A stretch of DNA of 64,000 nucleotides from Nitrospirota bacterium (lineage in GTDB: Bacteria; Nitrospirota; UBA9217): assembly GCA_963663225.1 (NCBI GenBank), contig OY760142.1, positions 3,136,001 through 3,200,000 of the forward strand, written 5' to 3'. Each line of letters begins with the position of its first letter. Positions within the stretch are counted from its first letter, which is position 1. Below the pieces are notes generated by a model. It was given only the letters and a program-made list of their open reading frames with translations. It had not been told where the DNA came from and made no database searches. The position numbers and the translations under genes are program-made. Positions 58,388 through 64,000 of this stretch are shown here, piece after piece.

Positions 58388-59833
58388 TTACAACTCAAAT
58401 ATTCTGCTGGCTCTAATAAAGCGTTTTAAATAATACTTTTCGTACAGGTTGCTCTTTGTCACGCCGGTTCTGCTGCTTGCATGGGCAAAAATACCATCAC
58501 CCAGGTAAACGCCTACGTGAGAAACACGACCTCTGGTTGAGGAATCGAAAAAAAGCAGATCTCCCGGCTGGATACCGGACTCATCGACACTGAATCCGAC
58601 AAGTGACTGACCCATGGTGCTTCTGGGAAGTTCAATATTCTGGGCGCGGTAGATTCTTCTCGTAAACGCAGAGCAATCCAACCCTTTATTGGAATCACCG
58701 CCGTAGCGATAGGGAACGCCAAGAAACTGCTCCACGATTGCGTTCAGCTTGTCCAAATCGAGCTGGCCTTTTTTTGCGTCCGTGGCGATGGATCGCCCCA
58801 TGTCCTCCAGTTGTTTTTTCCGAAGGGCCCGCCGTTCCCGGATTCTTTGCAGTTTCTCTTGCTCAAACGCAGTCAACTCGGCTTCAAGGGCTTTTTGCTC
58901 TGTTGCGAGTTGAATTGATTCGGCATGTGCAGTTTTCAGATGCGATTCAAGCTGCCTGATAATATTTTCTTGGGCGATTCTTGCGGCGTGTTCGCCCTCG
59001 CTTCTGCCCTGCTGCAGCAGTTTTTCTTCTGCCGCAGCTTTTTCGTTTTCTTTTTGCTTCGTGTCCGCTGCCGACAGCTGCAGTCGGCTCTCCAGCTGTC
59101 TCCTGCGCTCTTGTTTAGCGAGCATTTCCTGTTCTTTCGGAGTCAGTGGCTTCCATTTTTTAGGTTCTCTTTTTCGTACAAATTTGACCGCGTCCAGCGC
59201 CAGCTGGTCCGGGCTTTTTTTCTTCAATTTCCCCCTTTTTACGTCGCGCATAATGCGCAGGGCGACTTTGCGCGGCGTCAAACCACGTTCAACACCGTAA
59301 ATCAAACCACGGGAGAGCCCCAGTATTGACGCCGGTTTCCAGGCATCGTCAAGGGCACGGGCAATGAACCCTTCCGCAATATCCTGAGGCACATCCGAAT
59401 TATGAAAATCCTGGAGCGCTTTTGCGGCTGCAACCAGACTATCGGCAGGTACGGCCGCATATACAATAATATCCAGCATCTGCTCCACATATTCCAGCGG
59501 AGCGCCCCGCTTTGAAGATTCGTAAACAAGGCCGATAACTTCAACAGTTTTTTCTTCGGTAACATTTTCAAAATCAGCCTTTCTGACCACTTTTTCTACA
59601 ATTTTCAAAAAAACAGGGCTGAATCTTTTGTCCGAATCCGGTGAAAACCTGATAAGAAGCAGATTCTTTATCTTTTCTTTTTTGAGCCGAACGCATTCCT
59701 TATCGAGCACTGCATTTATTTCGGCCATCTCCTTGCCGGTGTCGGAGTAACCAGTTGCCGGAAGAGAAAAAGACGCTATGCAGCAAAAAAGGAGAATGCT
59801 CCTAAAAATTGTTCTTGTAAAAACCGCTTTCAT
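58388..59833 (-). CDS. NlpC/P60 (C40) peptidase with long helical N-region
   Basis: GVPYRYGG..GLDCSAF, PGDLLFF, HVGVYLG..FAHAS. Confidence 0.88.
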   Translation of the reverse strand: MKAVFTRTIFRSILLFCCIASFSLPATGYSDTGKEMAEINAVLDKECVRLKKEKIKNLLLIRFSPDSDKRFSPVFLKIVEKVVRKADFENVTEEKTVEVIGLVYESSKRGAPLEYVEQMLDIIVYAAVPADSLVAAAKALQDFHNSDVPQDIAEGFIARALDDAWKPASILGLSRGLIYGVERGLTPRKVALRIMRDVKRGKLKKKSPDQLALDAVKFVRKREPKKWKPLTPKEQEMLAKQERRRQLESRLQLSAADTKQKENEKAAAEEKLLQQGRSEGEHAARIAQENIIRQLESHLKTAHAESIQLATEQKALEAELTAFEQEKLQRIRERRALRKKQLEDMGRSIATDAKKGQLDLDKLNAIVEQFLGVPYRYGGDSNKGLDCSAFTRRIYRAQNIELPRSTMGQSLVGFSVDESGIQPGDLLFFDSSTRGRVSHVGVYLGDGIFAHASSRTGVTKSNLYEKYYLKRFIRASRIFEL

Positions 59834-59923
59834 ACTCTTTACTGTATTCCCTCCCCGAAGAGCCGGAGGCCTCTCTGTCACCATGATCCACGTCAGGCAT
59901 CAAGTCTGTAAGACTACGCAGCA

Positions 59924-60778
59924 TTACGTTGTAAATCGCTTATCCCGCAACGACAGCACCGTTTTCAAATTTCGCGGGTCATCTTCTTCCGTTTTCTTTG
60001 GAGTTTCCATAATCATCGGAATATCCCGGAACGTTGGATGATTCAGCAATATCCTAAACCCTTCCAGACCTATAGTTCCTTCGCCGATATGCCAGTGGCG
60101 GTCCACATGCGAACCGAGGTCGCGGAGGCAATCATTCAGATGCATCCCTTTGAGGCGTTTCAGGCTCACTGTTGTATCAATTTTTTTCGCGAGAGCATCA
60201 ACATCCTTGTCGGATCTGATATCGTATCCTGCGGCAAAACCATGGCAGGTATCATAGCAGATACCGATGCAGGAAGAATCATTGAGATGCGCTATCACGT
60301 CCTGCACCTGCTCGAGAGTGTACCCTACATCCCCTGCCTCGCCTGCCGTATTTTCCAGGAGGATGGTCGCGCGGGGTGGATGCAATCTCATCGCCATGTT
60401 CAGGGCGGCCGCCACCCGGTCAACCATCCAGGTCGGCTCTTTGCCGCTGGCCGAACCGAGGTGCGTAACCAGATATTCTGCCCCGAGATGCTCGGTCCGT
60501 TCAAGGTCGATGACAAACTGCTCGATCGATTTTTCGTACAGGTCCGGCCGGGAGGAAGCAAGATTGATCAGGTAATTTGTATGGACAAAAACAGGGGCGA
60601 TGTCCCATTGATTGCGGAGCTTTTTAAATTCTGCGATATCGTCCGTGTCAAGCGGCTTGATCGTCCATCCGCGGGGATTGCGGCAGAATATCTGCATCGC
60701 GGAACAGCCGAGGTCGTACGCACGCTCAACGGATTTGGAAAATCCGCCGCTGATCGATACATGAAAACCAAGACGCAC
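59924..60778 (-). CDS. nfo: Endonuclease IV
   Basis: GFHVSISGG, HTNYLINLAS, LENTAG, DTCHGFAAGYD, HLND..DRH, ETP. Confidence 0.95.
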   Translation of the reverse strand: MRLGFHVSISGGFSKSVERAYDLGCSAMQIFCRNPRGWTIKPLDTDDIAEFKKLRNQWDIAPVFVHTNYLINLASSRPDLYEKSIEQFVIDLERTEHLGAEYLVTHLGSASGKEPTWMVDRVAAALNMAMRLHPPRATILLENTAGEAGDVGYTLEQVQDVIAHLNDSSCIGICYDTCHGFAAGYDIRSDKDVDALAKKIDTTVSLKRLKGMHLNDCLRDLGSHVDRHWHIGEGTIGLEGFRILLNHPTFRDIPMIMETPKKTEEDDPRNLKTVLSLRDKRFTT

Positions 60779-60779
60779 G

Positions 60780-62807
<2,028 letters not shown>

Positions 62808-62852
62808 TCATTGCAACCGGGGCCGGACTCAACCGCTCCTTTGGACAGCGCG

Positions 62853-64000
62853 CTACTCGCTGCTTTTTTCCTCCAGGTGGTAGTCCTTGATTTTCGTAAG
62901 GAGTGTTTTGTAGCTCACTTGAAGAATTTCCGCCGCGCGGGTTTTATTCCCGTTTGTCTGCCTGAGCACCTGCCTGATACGGCGGGATTCTGTGATACGG
63001 ACCGCTGCTTCGGCAACCGCCTGCAGAGGACCGTCCATCGGCACGTTCTCGGCCAGCGTTTCGCGGATATTCGACTCGCTGATACCGAGGTCCTGGCTGC
63101 GAATCGTCCCTCCATCGGCGTGAATGACGGCCCGTTCCATCACATTCTCAAGTTCCCGCACGTTTCCTTTCCAGCGGTATTTCGTCAGAATATCCATGGC
63201 TTCATCAGAAACGGAAAGAGGTCCCTTCCGGACTTCCGCGGAGAATTTGTTCAGAAAATGCTGAGCGAGCATCTTGATGTCCTCACGCCGGTCCCGAAGA
63301 GGCGGAATGGTGATCGGAAATACATTCAAACGATAGTACAGATCATCACGAAAAAGCTTCTCTTCAACCGCTTTTTCGATGTTTTTATTCGTAGCCGCAA
63401 TGATTCTCACATCGATCTTGATTGGCTTGTTACCTCCAACACGCTCAATCACCTGATCCTGCAGGACCCGCAGGACCTTCGCCTGAAGAGCAAGATCCAT
63501 GTCTCCGATCTCGTCCAGAAATACCGTGCCCTTGTCCGCCAGCTCAAGCTTTCCGAGCTTGCGCGCATCAGCCCCCGTAAACGCACCGCGTTCATAACCG
63601 AACAATTCGCTTTCAAGCAGTTCCTTCGGGATGGCGGCCGAATTAATGGCAATAAACGGTCCATTCTTGCGCTGGCTCAGGCAATGCACAGCGCGAGCGA
63701 ACAGTTCCTTTCCGGTCCCGCTCTCTCCATGCAACAATACGGTCGCATTGGTCGGAGCGACTTTTTGTATATTTGCGGTGATCTCCTGCATGTGCGCGCT
63801 TTTTCCGATAATCGTCGGAAACCCGATCCGGTCGGCGAATTCTTCCCGCAGAAGAATATTTTCCGTCGCCAGGCGGGAGGCATCCAACGCCCGCTTTATT
63901 AGCAGCAACAGATGGTCGGTATCAAAAGGCTTCGTCAGGAAATCATACGCTCCCTGCTTCACGGCCTTGACCGCGGTCTCGATGGTGCCGAAAGCGGTCA
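62853..64000 (-). CDS. Sigma-54-dependent response regulator (NtrC family), 5' truncated
   Basis: GAYDFLTKP, GESGTGKE, GAFTGA, WKGNVRELEN, Fis-type HTH; frame open to window end. Confidence 0.95.
   Translation of the reverse strand, partial: TAFGTIETAVKAVKQGAYDFLTKPFDTDHLLLLIKRALDASRLATENILLREEFADRIGFPTIIGKSAHMQEITANIQKVAPTNATVLLHGESGTGKELFARAVHCLSQRKNGPFIAINSAAIPKELLESELFGYERGAFTGADARKLGKLELADKGTVFLDEIGDMDLALQAKVLRVLQDQVIERVGGNKPIKIDVRIIAATNKNIEKAVEEKLFRDDLYYRLNVFPITIPPLRDRREDIKMLAQHFLNKFSAEVRKGPLSVSDEAMDILTKYRWKGNVRELENVMERAVIHADGGTIRSQDLGISESNIRETLAENVPMDGPLQAVAEAAVRITESRRIRQVLRQTNGNKTRAAEILQVSYKTLLTKIKDYHLEEKSSE

Overview
The window has two parts. Bases 1-~30.7 kb are the right-hand part of a prophage, probably podovirus-like. 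It runs from a tail/ejection module (GNAT, B12-binding radical SAM, two ejection-type proteins, a 1945-aa polyvalent protein carrying GGDEF and HEXXH domains) through a lysis cassette, a Bet/exonuclease/RuvC recombination-replication module, a leftward operon of small genes containing a type II hammerhead ribozyme, an AT-rich control region, a structured non-coding tract and a string of small accessory genes, to a tyrosine integrase ending next to the 3' end of a host tRNA-Thr(CGT). Bases ~30.9-64 kb are host chromosome of a diderm bacterium (possibly Nitrospirota or Desulfobacterota-like; not provable here): polA, glnD, mazG, tex, tandem caspase-family lipoproteins, rqcH-like, queE, mltD-like, nfo, ligA and a partial sigma-54 regulator. 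The most notable items are the candidate injected diguanylate cyclase, the hammerhead whose catalytic core doubles as a Shine-Dalgarno, the radical SAM/GNAT pair inside the virion operon, and accessory genes each flanked by their own duplicated ribosome-binding region. All domain calls are from motif recognition by eye; no searches were run.
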